Under the pieces are notes generated by a model. The model worked only from the letters and a program-made list of their open reading frames with translations, was not told the DNA's origin and did no database searches. Positions 37,133 through 45,955 of a stretch of DNA of 58,063 bases are shown in pieces. This DNA comes from Gemmatimonadales bacterium. GTDB taxonomy: Bacteria; Gemmatimonadota; Gemmatimonadetes; Palauibacterales; Palauibacteraceae. Each line of letters begins with the position of its first letter. Position 1 is the first letter of the stretch. A program made the translations under genes and the position numbers. The stretch is from the NCBI GenBank assembly GCA_050114915.1, contig JASFRN010000003.1, positions 1-58,063 on the forward strand, in the 5' to 3' direction.

Positions 37133-37432
37133 TCAGCCTTCGAAGCGTCGATGGTGTCCGAGGTCGTAGGCGCGGATCGCCAGGATCTCACGGGGCTGGA
37201 ACCCGATCTCCGACAGCGAGCGTGACTCGTCCTTCACCTGGCGTTCCGCGTACTCGACGTAGTAGTCGGCGGGATCGTCCACGTCGCGTTGCAGCAGCAT
37301 CCGAAGGCCTTCCGTCTTCACGTCGGCGACGGAAGCCGACGGCGGAAAATCCGCCACCTGTTCGAGCCATCGGTCGGGCATCACCAGGCGTACGGTGATC
37401 GCCCCGCCTACGGTGTCGGAGCTCGCGCTCAT
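37133..37432 (-). CDS. Small hypothetical protein, possibly beta-grasp (YukD/EsaB-like)
   Basis: 99 aa with a ubiquitin-like pattern: beta-beta, SVADVK helix, Y-x-V-x-Y, DESRSLSEIG, and a final strand. ATGA overlap with the upstream gene. Confidence 0.65.
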   Translation of the reverse strand: MSASSDTVGGAITVRLVMPDRWLEQVADFPPSASVADVKTEGLRMLLQRDVDDPADYYVEYAERQVKDESRSLSEIGFQPREILAIRAYDLGHHRRFEG

Positions 37433-37689
37433 ACGTGTCCCAGCGTGTAGAGGAAACGCTTGGTCAGATCGGTAACGTCGAGGCCGGCGACCCGGTCGGT
37501 CGACACGCGCACGTTCGTGTGGCCGTGGGCCCTGTCCACCCGGATCTCCGCCGTGCCGATGTCGCCGGTGAGCGTCAGAGCGCCGGCCTCGGGCTCCCGC
37601 ACGGCGAGGCGCGAGTTCGTCGCGAAGAACGTCTTCGCGCGCTCGATCACGTCTTCTGGAGACACCTCGGTCATCACGTGGTATCGCAT
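37429..37689 (-). CDS. Hypothetical protein, 86 aa
   Basis: Helix, four strands, helix pattern with typical codon usage. Coupled to the downstream gene. Confidence 0.7.
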   Translation of the reverse strand: MRYHVMTEVSPEDVIERAKTFFATNSRLAVREPEAGALTLTGDIGTAEIRVDRAHGHTNVRVSTDRVAGLDVTDLTKRFLYTLGHV

Positions 37690-37796
37690 GGCCCGAACTT
37701 CGGAGCCGACGCCGACGGCGTCAACTCCGGGGCGGGTGCCGCGCAACCCACGGACCGCATCTTGTCTTCGCTCCGCCAGTGACGGAATTTGGGGGC

Positions 37797-38957
37797 ATGA
37801 ATCCACAGCCTGAGTTCGGCAGCTTCTTCCTTCCGGGTCCCACCGAAGTCCATCCCGAGGTCCTGGCGGCGATGGCCCGGCCCGTCATCGGACACCGCGG
37901 ACCGGCGATGACGGAGCTGCTGGCCGATGTCGATCCGGGCCTGCGCGCGGTGTTCGGCACCCGGCGGCCCGTCTATATCTCGACCTCTTCCGCCACCGGC
38001 CTGATGGAGACCGCGGTGCGCAACCTCACGCGGCGGCGCATGCTCTGCCTCGTGTGCGGCGCGTTCAGCGCCCGCTTCCATGCGATCGCCGAGAGCTGCG
38101 GCCGACCGGCCGACCGGCTCGACGTCGAGTGGGGACTTCCGAACACGCCGGACCAGCTTCGCGAAGCCCTGCGTGCCGCGGACGGCCGATACGACCTCGT
38201 CACGCTGGTTCACTCCGAGACGTCGACCGGCGTGTTGAATCCGGTCGCCGACATCGCCGCCGTCGTGCGGGAGTTCGACGACGTGCTGCTCGCGGTGGAC
38301 GGGGTGAGCTCGGTGGGCGGGGTGCGGATCGCGTTCGACGAGTGGGGACCCGACTTCATGCTCACGGGGTCGCAAAAAGCGCTGGCGCTACCGCCGGGCC
38401 TCGCCTTCGGGGTCGCGTCCGAGCGGGCGCTCGCACGCGCCGAAGAGATCTCGGACAGGAGCTACTACTTCGACCTGCTCGAGTTCGAACGCAGGGCGGC
38501 CAGCCACTCGACGACCAATACGCCGGCCGTGTCGCTCCTGTTCGCGCTCCAGCATCAACTCCGCCGGATCGGCGCCGAAGGCCTGGCGGTCCGGTTCGCG
38601 CGGCACGAGCGTATGGCGAGCCGGACTTACGAGTGGGTCGACTGGCTCGCGGCCGCGTCCGGCCGGGACTTCTCGGTTCTGGCGCCGGAGGGTTACCGGT
38701 CGCCCACGGTGACCGCCGTTCGGTTGCCCGACGGCTTCAACGGCCCCGAGATCGTCGGCGGGCTGGCGGCGCGCGGAATCACCATCGCGCCGGGCTACGG
38801 GAAGCTGAAGGCGGGTGCGATCCGCATCGGGCACATGGGCGATCACACCCCGGACGAGCTCGAGGCCGTTCTCGCCGCGATCGCCGAGGTGCTCGACGTG
38901 GCGGGACCCGAGGCGACGCCGGCCGGCGTGGGACACGGGGAGGCGTCCGGTGGCTGA
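37797..38957 (+). CDS. Class V PLP aminotransferase (alanine-glyoxylate / serine-pyruvate / SerC-like)
   Basis: LPGPTEV, VHSETSTG, VDGVSS, TGSQKALALPPG and RIGHMG. Confidence 0.93.
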   Translation: MNPQPEFGSFFLPGPTEVHPEVLAAMARPVIGHRGPAMTELLADVDPGLRAVFGTRRPVYISTSSATGLMETAVRNLTRRRMLCLVCGAFSARFHAIAESCGRPADRLDVEWGLPNTPDQLREALRAADGRYDLVTLVHSETSTGVLNPVADIAAVVREFDDVLLAVDGVSSVGGVRIAFDEWGPDFMLTGSQKALALPPGLAFGVASERALARAEEISDRSYYFDLLEFERRAASHSTTNTPAVSLLFALQHQLRRIGAEGLAVRFARHERMASRTYEWVDWLAAASGRDFSVLAPEGYRSPTVTAVRLPDGFNGPEIVGGLAARGITIAPGYGKLKAGAIRIGHMGDHTPDELEAVLAAIAEVLDVAGPEATPAGVGHGEASGG

Positions 38958-40560
38958 CAAGCGTCTCGTACTCGCCGATCCGCTCTCCGAAGAGGGGATG
39001 GAGATTCTCGAGTCCGCCGGCGGGCTCGTCGTCGACGATCTCTCGTCCCGTTCGCGGCCCGAGCTGCTCGAGGCGCTGAACGGCACGTCCGGCATCATCG
39101 TGCGCAGCGCCACGCAGGCCGACGAGGAATTGCTCGAGCACGCGTCGTCGCTCGAAGTGATCGGCCGAGCCGGGGTCGGGCTCGACAACATCGATCTCGA
39201 AGCGGCCACGCGCCGGGGAATCGCGATCATCAACGCGCCCGCCGGCAACACGCTGTCGACGGCCGAGCACGCGTTCGCCCTCTTGCTGGCGCTCGCGCGC
39301 GGGATCCCCGCGGCCGATGCCTCGATGCGGGCCGGGCGCTGGGAGCGCAAGGCGCTGAAGGGCTCCCAGATTGCCGGGAAGACCCTGGGCGTCGTCGGTG
39401 TCGGTCGGATCGGGACCGAGATCGTCCGGCGGGCCCGGGCCTTCGGAATGACGGTCGTGGTGTCGGACCCGTACCTGTCCGACGCCCGCGCCCGCGAGCT
39501 GGGAGTGGACGCGCTGGCCCTCGAGGCGCTGCTAGAACGTTCCGATTTCGTGACGCTCCATCTGCCGCTCGTCGACGAGACACGTCACCTGATCGGGGCG
39601 AACGAACTCGCCCGGATGAAGCCCTCGGCCTTTCTCGTGAACGCGGCGCGCGGGGGCATCGTGGACGAAACGGCCCTGGTCGCGGCGCTGCGCGCCGGGA
39701 CGATTGCGGGCGCGGCGCTCGACGTCTACGAAGCGGAGCCGCTGTCCGAGCAGGATCCGCTCCGTGACTGCCCCAACCTCATCATGACGCCGCATCTGGG
39801 AGCCTCCACCCCGGAGGCGCAGCGCGAGGTGGCGATCGAGATCGCCCGCGCCGTCCGTGACGCCCTGCTCGACGGAAACATCGCGACGGCCGTTAACCTG
39901 CCGAGCCCCGCGCCCGAGGATCGGCCGCGCGCCGACGCGCTGCTCGACCTGTCGCGGCGCCTCGGCCGGTTGCTCGGCGAGCTCACCGATGGTGCGGTCG
40001 GCTCGATCTCGGTCCGTTGCTCGACCTGTTCGTCGGATGCCGTGCGCGAGCTCGGCGTGTCGGCGGCGCTCGAAGGCTTTCTCTCCGTCCGGCTGGCCGG
40101 GCCGCTCAACCTGATCAACGCGAAGCTGCTCGCCGCGGAGCGGGGGATCGAGGTCGGCAGTTTCGAGGTGCGGCCCGAGGGCCGTGGCCGCGACTGGATC
40201 GAGATCGTGTCGGAGTCCCGCGGTCGTCGTCGTTCGGTGGCCGGCAAGCTGACCAGCGGTGGTGGGGCGCGCCTGCTGCAGGTCGACGGCTTCCGGGTCG
40301 AGGGCTCGCCGGCAGGCACGCTGCTGTTCGTGCGCAACGACGACGTGCCCGGCGTGATCGGGGCGCTCGGGACGATCCTCGCCGGGGCGGGCGTGAATAT
40401 CGGCGAATTCCACCAGGCGCGGGATCGCGAGCGGGGCGAAGCACTGGGTGTCGTCAGCCTCGACGCGGCCCTCGGAGCCGACCGACTGGCGGCGTTGCGT
40501 GAGATCGAAGGGGTGCGCGACGTCCGGCAGGTGAAGTTGCCCCCGCCGCGAGACGACTGA
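38950..40560 (+). CDS. serA: D-3-phosphoglycerate dehydrogenase with ASB and ACT domains
   Basis: IGRAGVGLDNID, GKTLGVVGVGRIG, NAARGG, ALDVYEAEP, TPHLGASTPEAQ and ACT region DVPGVIG. Confidence 0.93.
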   Translation: MADKRLVLADPLSEEGMEILESAGGLVVDDLSSRSRPELLEALNGTSGIIVRSATQADEELLEHASSLEVIGRAGVGLDNIDLEAATRRGIAIINAPAGNTLSTAEHAFALLLALARGIPAADASMRAGRWERKALKGSQIAGKTLGVVGVGRIGTEIVRRARAFGMTVVVSDPYLSDARARELGVDALALEALLERSDFVTLHLPLVDETRHLIGANELARMKPSAFLVNAARGGIVDETALVAALRAGTIAGAALDVYEAEPLSEQDPLRDCPNLIMTPHLGASTPEAQREVAIEIARAVRDALLDGNIATAVNLPSPAPEDRPRADALLDLSRRLGRLLGELTDGAVGSISVRCSTCSSDAVRELGVSAALEGFLSVRLAGPLNLINAKLLAAERGIEVGSFEVRPEGRGRDWIEIVSESRGRRRSVAGKLTSGGGARLLQVDGFRVEGSPAGTLLFVRNDDVPGVIGALGTILAGAGVNIGEFHQARDRERGEALGVVSLDAALGADRLAALREIEGVRDVRQVKLPPPRDD

Positions 40561-40594
40561 GCGCCGCACTCGAGCGCCGGGCGTCCAGGTCCGG

Positions 40595-42043
40595 CTAGTA
40601 GACGGGCAGGTCCGGGTCCACGTCCCGCGCCCAGCCGTTGATGCCCCCGGCCAGGTTCAGCGCCCGATCGAATCCGCGGCTGTGGAGGAACTCCACCACC
40701 TCGGCGGATCGCCGTCCCGTCCGGCAGAACCACACCGAGTCACGCTCGGGATCGAGGTCGCCGAGACGCGCCTCGAGCTCGTCCATCGGGATCGCCACGG
40801 CGCCGAGATCGTCGAGGTTCGACACCTCGTGCTCTTCGACCTCCCGCACGTCTACGAGGACGCCCGCCCATCCGGCGTCGATCATCTCGCGCAGCTCGCG
40901 CGCGTCCACTTCCGGCAGCGGCACGGGGAGGTGAAAGTCGTCGGGGACGTCGAACGCGGACCCTTCCTCGTCCACGCCGCAGAATGCCTCGTAATCGATC
41001 GGCTCCGTGATCGTCGGGGCGTCACCGCAGGCGGGGCAGGCCGGATCGCGTCGCACCTCGACGGTGCGGTACTCCTGTCCCAGCGCGTCGATCAGTAGCA
41101 GGCGGCCGACCAGCGGCTCACCGAGGCCCGTGATCAGCTTGATCGCCTCGGTGGCCTGGATCGAGCCCACGATGCCGGGGAGGGCCCCCAGCACGCCCGC
41201 CTCCGCGCAGCTCGGCACGAGGCCGGCGGGCGGCGGATCGCGGAACAGGCAGCGGTAGCACGGCCCGTCCGGGGCACCGAACACGGACGCCTGGCCGTCG
41301 AACCGGAAGATCGCCCCGTACACGAGCGGAATGCCGAGGAGCACGCAGACGTCGTTGACGAGGTAGCGGGTGGGGAAGTTGTCGCTCCCGTCGAGCACGA
41401 CGTCCCATCCCTCCAGGACAGCCCGCGCGTTCTCCGAGGTGAGCCGTTCGGGAACCTCCACGATCTCCACGTCTGGATTCAGGGCTTCGAGGCGGGCCCG
41501 GCCCGAGGTCGTCTTCGAGGCGCCGACGTCGTTCGTGTCGTGGAGGATCTGCCGATGCAGGTTCGAAAGCTCCACCCGATCGCCGTCGACGAGGCCGATC
41601 CGACCGACGCCCGCAGCCGCCAGGTAGAGCGCCGCGGGCGAGCCCAGGCCGCCGGCTCCGACGACCAGCGCCGATGCGGCCTTGAGCCGCTCCTGCCCGG
41701 CGGCGCCGAGGCCCGGCAGGATCAGCTGCCGGTGATAGCGGATCTTCTCCTCGCGGCTCAGCGGACGCCCTCCGGCGATCGACGGCACGATCGTGAGTTC
41801 GGCGGCGGCCGTGATCTGGCGCTCCTCCGACGTCAGGGTCCGGACGTCGCGGCCGTCGAGAAACAGATTGACATGAGGCCGCACCGAGCCGTCGTCGGAC
41901 AGGAGCCGGTCGGCCAGGGCCGGGCACTGCGTCCGCACCGCATCCAGGGCTTCGGCGACGGTTCCGGCCTCGACGTCGAGCGTCGCCCGCCCGCTCGTGA
42001 ATTCGCGCAGCGGGACCGGAACGTGGAGGCTCACCGCGGGCAC
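40595..42043 (-). CDS. Fusion of MoaD/ThiS-like Ubl, MoeB/ThiF (E1-like) adenylyltransferase and rhodanese
   Basis: Ubl ending PSIAGG continues in frame into RYHRQ, VGAGGLG, SNLHRQ, CYRC, PSCAEAGVLG, CPAC and rhodanese CRTGRRS. Start at GTG 42043 (GGAGG SD) or GTG 42034. Confidence 0.92.
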   Translation of the reverse strand: MPAVSLHVPVPLREFTSGRATLDVEAGTVAEALDAVRTQCPALADRLLSDDGSVRPHVNLFLDGRDVRTLTSEERQITAAAELTIVPSIAGGRPLSREEKIRYHRQLILPGLGAAGQERLKAASALVVGAGGLGSPAALYLAAAGVGRIGLVDGDRVELSNLHRQILHDTNDVGASKTTSGRARLEALNPDVEIVEVPERLTSENARAVLEGWDVVLDGSDNFPTRYLVNDVCVLLGIPLVYGAIFRFDGQASVFGAPDGPCYRCLFRDPPPAGLVPSCAEAGVLGALPGIVGSIQATEAIKLITGLGEPLVGRLLLIDALGQEYRTVEVRRDPACPACGDAPTITEPIDYEAFCGVDEEGSAFDVPDDFHLPVPLPEVDARELREMIDAGWAGVLVDVREVEEHEVSNLDDLGAVAIPMDELEARLGDLDPERDSVWFCRTGRRSAEVVEFLHSRGFDRALNLAGGINGWARDVDPDLPVY

Positions 42044-42477
42044 GGCGACCTCCCGTCGACGACGAGGCGCGCCGGGGCCTCGTCGCGCCAGGCGAACAGT
42101 TCGGCCCCGCCATCCGCCGATTCGGCCGCGGCGCGGTCGCCGATCACGACGTACCAGTAGCCCGCCAGCGCTTCCGCCGCGTCCAGCGCCGAGAAGTCGG
42201 CCGGACCGTGGGGGTGGGAGTGATAGAAACCGATCACGGAAGCCGTGCGGAAGAGGGGCTCGAGGTCGGCCGGATCGACGCGATACGCGTCGCGCGGCCG
42301 TTCCGCCCGGTTGGGAAGCGGCACGATGTCGACGACCGTCGCTCCCTCTCCGGTCTCGTGGCCGAGCAGCGCGCCGCAAACCTCTTCCGGGCGACCCGCC
42401 CGGGCCGCGGCGACGAGTCGTCGCCGCAGCTCTGCCGGCAGGCGGAGGGCAGGAGCCTCCGGGTCAGTCGACGGCAT
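42031..42477 (-). CDS. JAB/MPN (M67) metalloprotease
   Basis: EEVCGALLG and GFYHSHPHGPADFSALD give a complete E...HxH-x7-S-x2-D motif. Confidence 0.92.
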   Translation of the reverse strand: MPSTDPEAPALRLPAELRRRLVAAARAGRPEEVCGALLGHETGEGATVVDIVPLPNRAERPRDAYRVDPADLEPLFRTASVIGFYHSHPHGPADFSALDAAEALAGYWYVVIGDRAAAESADGGAELFAWRDEAPARLVVDGRSPCPR

Positions 42478-43138
42478 CGATGGCCGCGCGAATCGCCGCG
42501 TAGTTCTCGCCGATGCTGCCCGCGCCCCGGAAGATCGAAGACCCGGCCACCAGCACGTCGGCGCCGGCCCGCGCGGCCCCGGGGGCGGTCTCGACGCCGA
42601 TGCCGCCGTCGACCTGTACGTGCAGCCCCTCGATCCCGGCGGCGGCCGCCATCTCTCGCACCCGGGAGACTTTGGCGACGGCCGCTTCGATGAACGCCTG
42701 CCCCCCGAATCCGGGGTTCACCGTCATCACGAGCACGAGGTCGAGCGCCGGGAGGATCTCCCGCAGCGTCTCGACCGGCGTGGCCGGGTTCAAGGCCACC
42801 CCGACCCGCGGGCCGAGGCGGCGGATTTCGTGCACGTCCCGGTGAAGATGCGTGGAGGCTTCCTGGTGCACCGTGATCATGTCGGCCCCGGCCTCGGCGA
42901 ACGGAGCCAGGAAATCTTCCGGGTTGTCGATCATCAGGTGCACGTCGATGAACGAATCGGTGACTCGTCGCAGCGACTTCAGCACCGGGATGCCGATGCT
43001 CAGGTTCGGCACGTAGTGCCCGTCCATCACGTCGAAGTGAAACCAGGTGGCGCCGGCCGCTTCGCAGTCGGCCACCTCGTCGCCCAGGCGGGCGAAGTCG
43101 GCGGCGAGCAGCGAGGGGGCGAGGATTCGTTCGCGCAC
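42464..43138 (-). CDS. rpe: Ribulose-phosphate 3-epimerase
   Basis: APSLLAADF, HFDVMDGHYVPN, DVHLMI, MTVNPGFGGQ and QVDGG. Confidence 0.97.
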   Translation of the reverse strand: MRERILAPSLLAADFARLGDEVADCEAAGATWFHFDVMDGHYVPNLSIGIPVLKSLRRVTDSFIDVHLMIDNPEDFLAPFAEAGADMITVHQEASTHLHRDVHEIRRLGPRVGVALNPATPVETLREILPALDLVLVMTVNPGFGGQAFIEAAVAKVSRVREMAAAAGIEGLHVQVDGGIGVETAPGAARAGADVLVAGSSIFRGAGSIGENYAAIRAAIDAVD

Positions 43139-43140
43139 GC

Positions 43141-44367
43141 TCAGATCACTCCAAGCTGGCCGCCCACCTTCGCCAGCGCCCGGAGCGCCCGGTCGAGGTG
43201 TTCGGTTTCGTGAGCCGCCGAGACCTGGCAGCGAATCCGTGCCTCGCCCTGCGGGACGACCGGGAAGCCGAACCCGATCACGAACACGCCCTCGTCGAGG
43301 AGCTTCGTGCTCATCTCGATCGCCTTGGCGGTCTCGCCGACCACGACCGGGACGATCGGCGTGTCGCCCTCGATCGGCGAGAATCCGAGCCCGACGAGCT
43401 CCTTGCGGAAGTAGGCCGTGTTCTCGCGCAGCTTCGTGACGAGCTGCGGGTGTGTTTCCAGCACGTCGACGGCCGCGAGGGCGCCCGCCGCCGAGTGCGG
43501 CGGGATCGCGTTCGTGAACAACTGGGTGCGCGACCGCTGCGTCAGGTAGTCGATCACCGGCCGGCTGCTGGCCACGAACCCCCCGGCCATTCCGCCGAGC
43601 GCCTTGCCGAGCGTCGAGGTGATGATGTCCACCTCGCCATGCATGCCGAAGTGCTCGGGCGTACCCCGTCCCGTATCGCCGAGCACGCCCGTGGCGTGTG
43701 AATCGTCAACCGCCAGAATCGCGTCGTAACGGTCGCAGAGTTCCCGCAGCTCGGGCAGCGGCGCGATCTCGCCCTCCATGCTGAACACGCCGTCCGTGAC
43801 GACCAGGCGGTGCCGGGCGTCCTTCGTCTCCTGCAGGAGCTCCTCGAGGTGGTCCACGTCGAGGTGCCGGTAAATGTGGCGCTGCGCCTTGCACAGGCGG
43901 ATCCCGTCGATGATCGAGGCGTGGTTCAGCGCGTCGGAGATGAGGGCGTCTTCCTCACTCAGCAGCGGTGCGAACAGCCCCTCGTTCGCGTTCCAGCACG
44001 AGGTGAAGGTGAGTGCGGCCTCGGTCTCGAGGAAATCGGCGAGGCGGTCTTCGAGCTCGCGGTGAATGTCGAACGTGCCGCAGATGAAGCGCACAGAAGA
44101 GGTGCCCGCGCCGTATTTCCGCGCTCCGGCCTCCACCGCTTCTACGACTTCGGGCCGGTCGCAGAGGCCGAGGTAGTTGTTCGAGCACAGGTTGACCGTC
44201 TCGCCATAGCCTTCCAGCTCGACCACGGCGCCCTGTGGGCTCGCGATATGTTGCAGGCGCTTCCAGACGCCCTCGGCCTTCATCTCCGCCAGCTCCTGCG
44301 CCAGGCGCTGATTGAACCCGCGGTTCACAGCCGTCGACGTCACGTCGGATTCGTCGTACAGGACCAT
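43141..44367 (-). CDS. kbl: Glycine C-acetyltransferase (2-amino-3-ketobutyrate CoA ligase)
   Basis: SNNYLGL, VRFICGT, NHASIIDGIRLCKA, TDGVFSMEG, DDSHATG, STLGKALGG and ARIRCQVSAAH. Confidence 0.9.
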   Translation of the reverse strand: MVLYDESDVTSTAVNRGFNQRLAQELAEMKAEGVWKRLQHIASPQGAVVELEGYGETVNLCSNNYLGLCDRPEVVEAVEAGARKYGAGTSSVRFICGTFDIHRELEDRLADFLETEAALTFTSCWNANEGLFAPLLSEEDALISDALNHASIIDGIRLCKAQRHIYRHLDVDHLEELLQETKDARHRLVVTDGVFSMEGEIAPLPELRELCDRYDAILAVDDSHATGVLGDTGRGTPEHFGMHGEVDIITSTLGKALGGMAGGFVASSRPVIDYLTQRSRTQLFTNAIPPHSAAGALAAVDVLETHPQLVTKLRENTAYFRKELVGLGFSPIEGDTPIVPVVVGETAKAIEMSTKLLDEGVFVIGFGFPVVPQGEARIRCQVSAAHETEHLDRALRALAKVGGQLGVI

Positions 44368-44395
44368 CTGCCCTCTCCCCGGCGGCCGAGCCGCC

Positions 44396-45067
44396 TCACT
44401 TCTCGTAGTAGTCGTTCACCGTCCGCTCCAGCACCCTGATCTCCGACACCCGAATGGCGGGCCGGGATCCGAAGCTACCGCATAGTGTGAACCCGGACAG
44501 GGTTCCGCGCACGTATACGAGGCGTCGTCCCTCGAACGCGGGCTGCAGATCGGCGTTCGCCAGGGCGCGGCCGATCAGTGCGAACGGCCGCTGATTGCCG
44601 CCCAGCTGGCCCGGCCCGAACAGCGTGCAGGCACCCACGTCGCGCACGGTGCCGGTGCCGACGGCCCGCATCGACGAGAATGGACCGCCCTCCAGCGAGA
44701 CGATCCGTCCCAGCTCTCCGGTGGGCGTCCGGACGGCGTAAGCCCCCGCCGGGAGCTCGAGAGACCGCACCTCGTAGAAGCTGATCGGCAGACGCGAACA
44801 GCTGGTGTCGAAGGTCGTCCTCCGGCCCCGGAGTTCGATCGACGTGTCGGTGACGGTCGCGATCGCCGTGTCCAGGCGTCCGCAGGAGTTGGGCGTGATC
44901 GGCCCCGCGAACTCGAAGGCGAACGGAGCGCCGGCGGTCACGGTGTCGGGAAACGCGGCCCACGAGACCACGGCCTCGCTGGACGTGGGCTCACCGAGTC
45001 TCCAGCAGCCCGTTGCGAGCAGGAGAACGGCGAGGATCGGTGCCGGATGGATCCTGGATGTGCTCAA
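44396..45067 (-). CDS. Hypothetical lipoprotein
   Basis: Lipobox-like LATGC, beta-rich sequence and four more Cys. Confidence 0.65.
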   Translation of the reverse strand: MSTSRIHPAPILAVLLLATGCWRLGEPTSSEAVVSWAAFPDTVTAGAPFAFEFAGPITPNSCGRLDTAIATVTDTSIELRGRRTTFDTSCSRLPISFYEVRSLELPAGAYAVRTPTGELGRIVSLEGGPFSSMRAVGTGTVRDVGACTLFGPGQLGGNQRPFALIGRALANADLQPAFEGRRLVYVRGTLSGFTLCGSFGSRPAIRVSEIRVLERTVNDYYEK

Positions 45068-45145
45068 TGGACCGGCAATCTGACCGCGTCGCGCGGGGCC
45101 TGCAACCGACGGCAGGAACTAACGTCCGCCTGAGGCGATACAACC

Positions 45146-45907
45146 ATGCACGTACGAAGCAGGCGGACGCGCGCGTTCCTCGAACGCCGTGTCCGGGGGC
45201 GTGGTTACGGGGGGATGCCCGTGGGTGACAACGAACGTTCGGCCATCGCGCCGAGCCGACGGAATTCCGAACGGCAGCGGCGTGCGCTGTGGGTGGGGTT
45301 CGCCATCTCGGCGGCCATCCACGCGCTGTTGCTGTTCGGCTGGCGTTCGTCGTCCCAATCCGTCCAGGGGTCGCTCGCCGCCGGACCGAGGTCCGGCGAC
45401 TATCGAGCCGCCGCCGGCGGTGGGGCGATGACCGCGATCTCCATTGCGCCCCCGAAGCCGATCGAAGTGCCCGCTCCGCCCGCCACGCGTCCCCGCCTGC
45501 GTGATCCCCAGGTGGACGTACAGACGACGAGTCCGCCGATCATCGCGGCCTCCCTGTCGGGTCCCGGAAACCAGGGCGAGCGCTCCGGTCCGGGCCTGCC
45601 CGGCGCCGAGGGCGCCGGGGACGGGGGGTCCGATCAGCGGGGTGGAGACCGCTGGAGCGATCCCACCCCCCGGTCGATCACGCCGCGCTGGGATCCGCCG
45701 CGCGAGCTGAAGGGGCATCGCGTGACCTTCCGCGTCCAGGTGGACGCGACCGGCGAGCCGACGGGCGAGATCGAGATCCAGCCGAAGATCGCCGAATCGG
45801 CGTTCATGCGCCGGGTTCGGAACGACCTGCTGACCATGGATTATCTGCCCGGACGGCGCGACGGACGGCCGGTCCCGGGCTGGGCGGAATTGACGCTCAC
45901 CTTCTGA
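45146..45907 (+). CDS. TonB-like energy transducer
   Basis: TM with SAAIH (SxxxH), Pro/Gly-rich linker, and a TonB_C-like domain (V-x-F-x-V-x-VD-x-x-G...Y-x-PG-x-x-DG-x-PV...F). Start uncertain. Confidence 0.7.
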   Translation: MHVRSRRTRAFLERRVRGRGYGGMPVGDNERSAIAPSRRNSERQRRALWVGFAISAAIHALLLFGWRSSSQSVQGSLAAGPRSGDYRAAAGGGAMTAISIAPPKPIEVPAPPATRPRLRDPQVDVQTTSPPIIAASLSGPGNQGERSGPGLPGAEGAGDGGSDQRGGDRWSDPTPRSITPRWDPPRELKGHRVTFRVQVDATGEPTGEIEIQPKIAESAFMRRVRNDLLTMDYLPGRRDGRPVPGWAELTLTF

Positions 45908-45955
45908 TCGGGGCTTTGTTTCCCCGCTTCGCCAGCCCGTCTATATTCAGCCGCC

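Noticed and set aside
45915-45949. Bacteroidota-type -33/-7 promoter (TTTG...TAnnTTTG) for sprA
   Set aside because: The spacing is 23 nt and the -7 element (TATATTCA) matches only partly, too weak to call.
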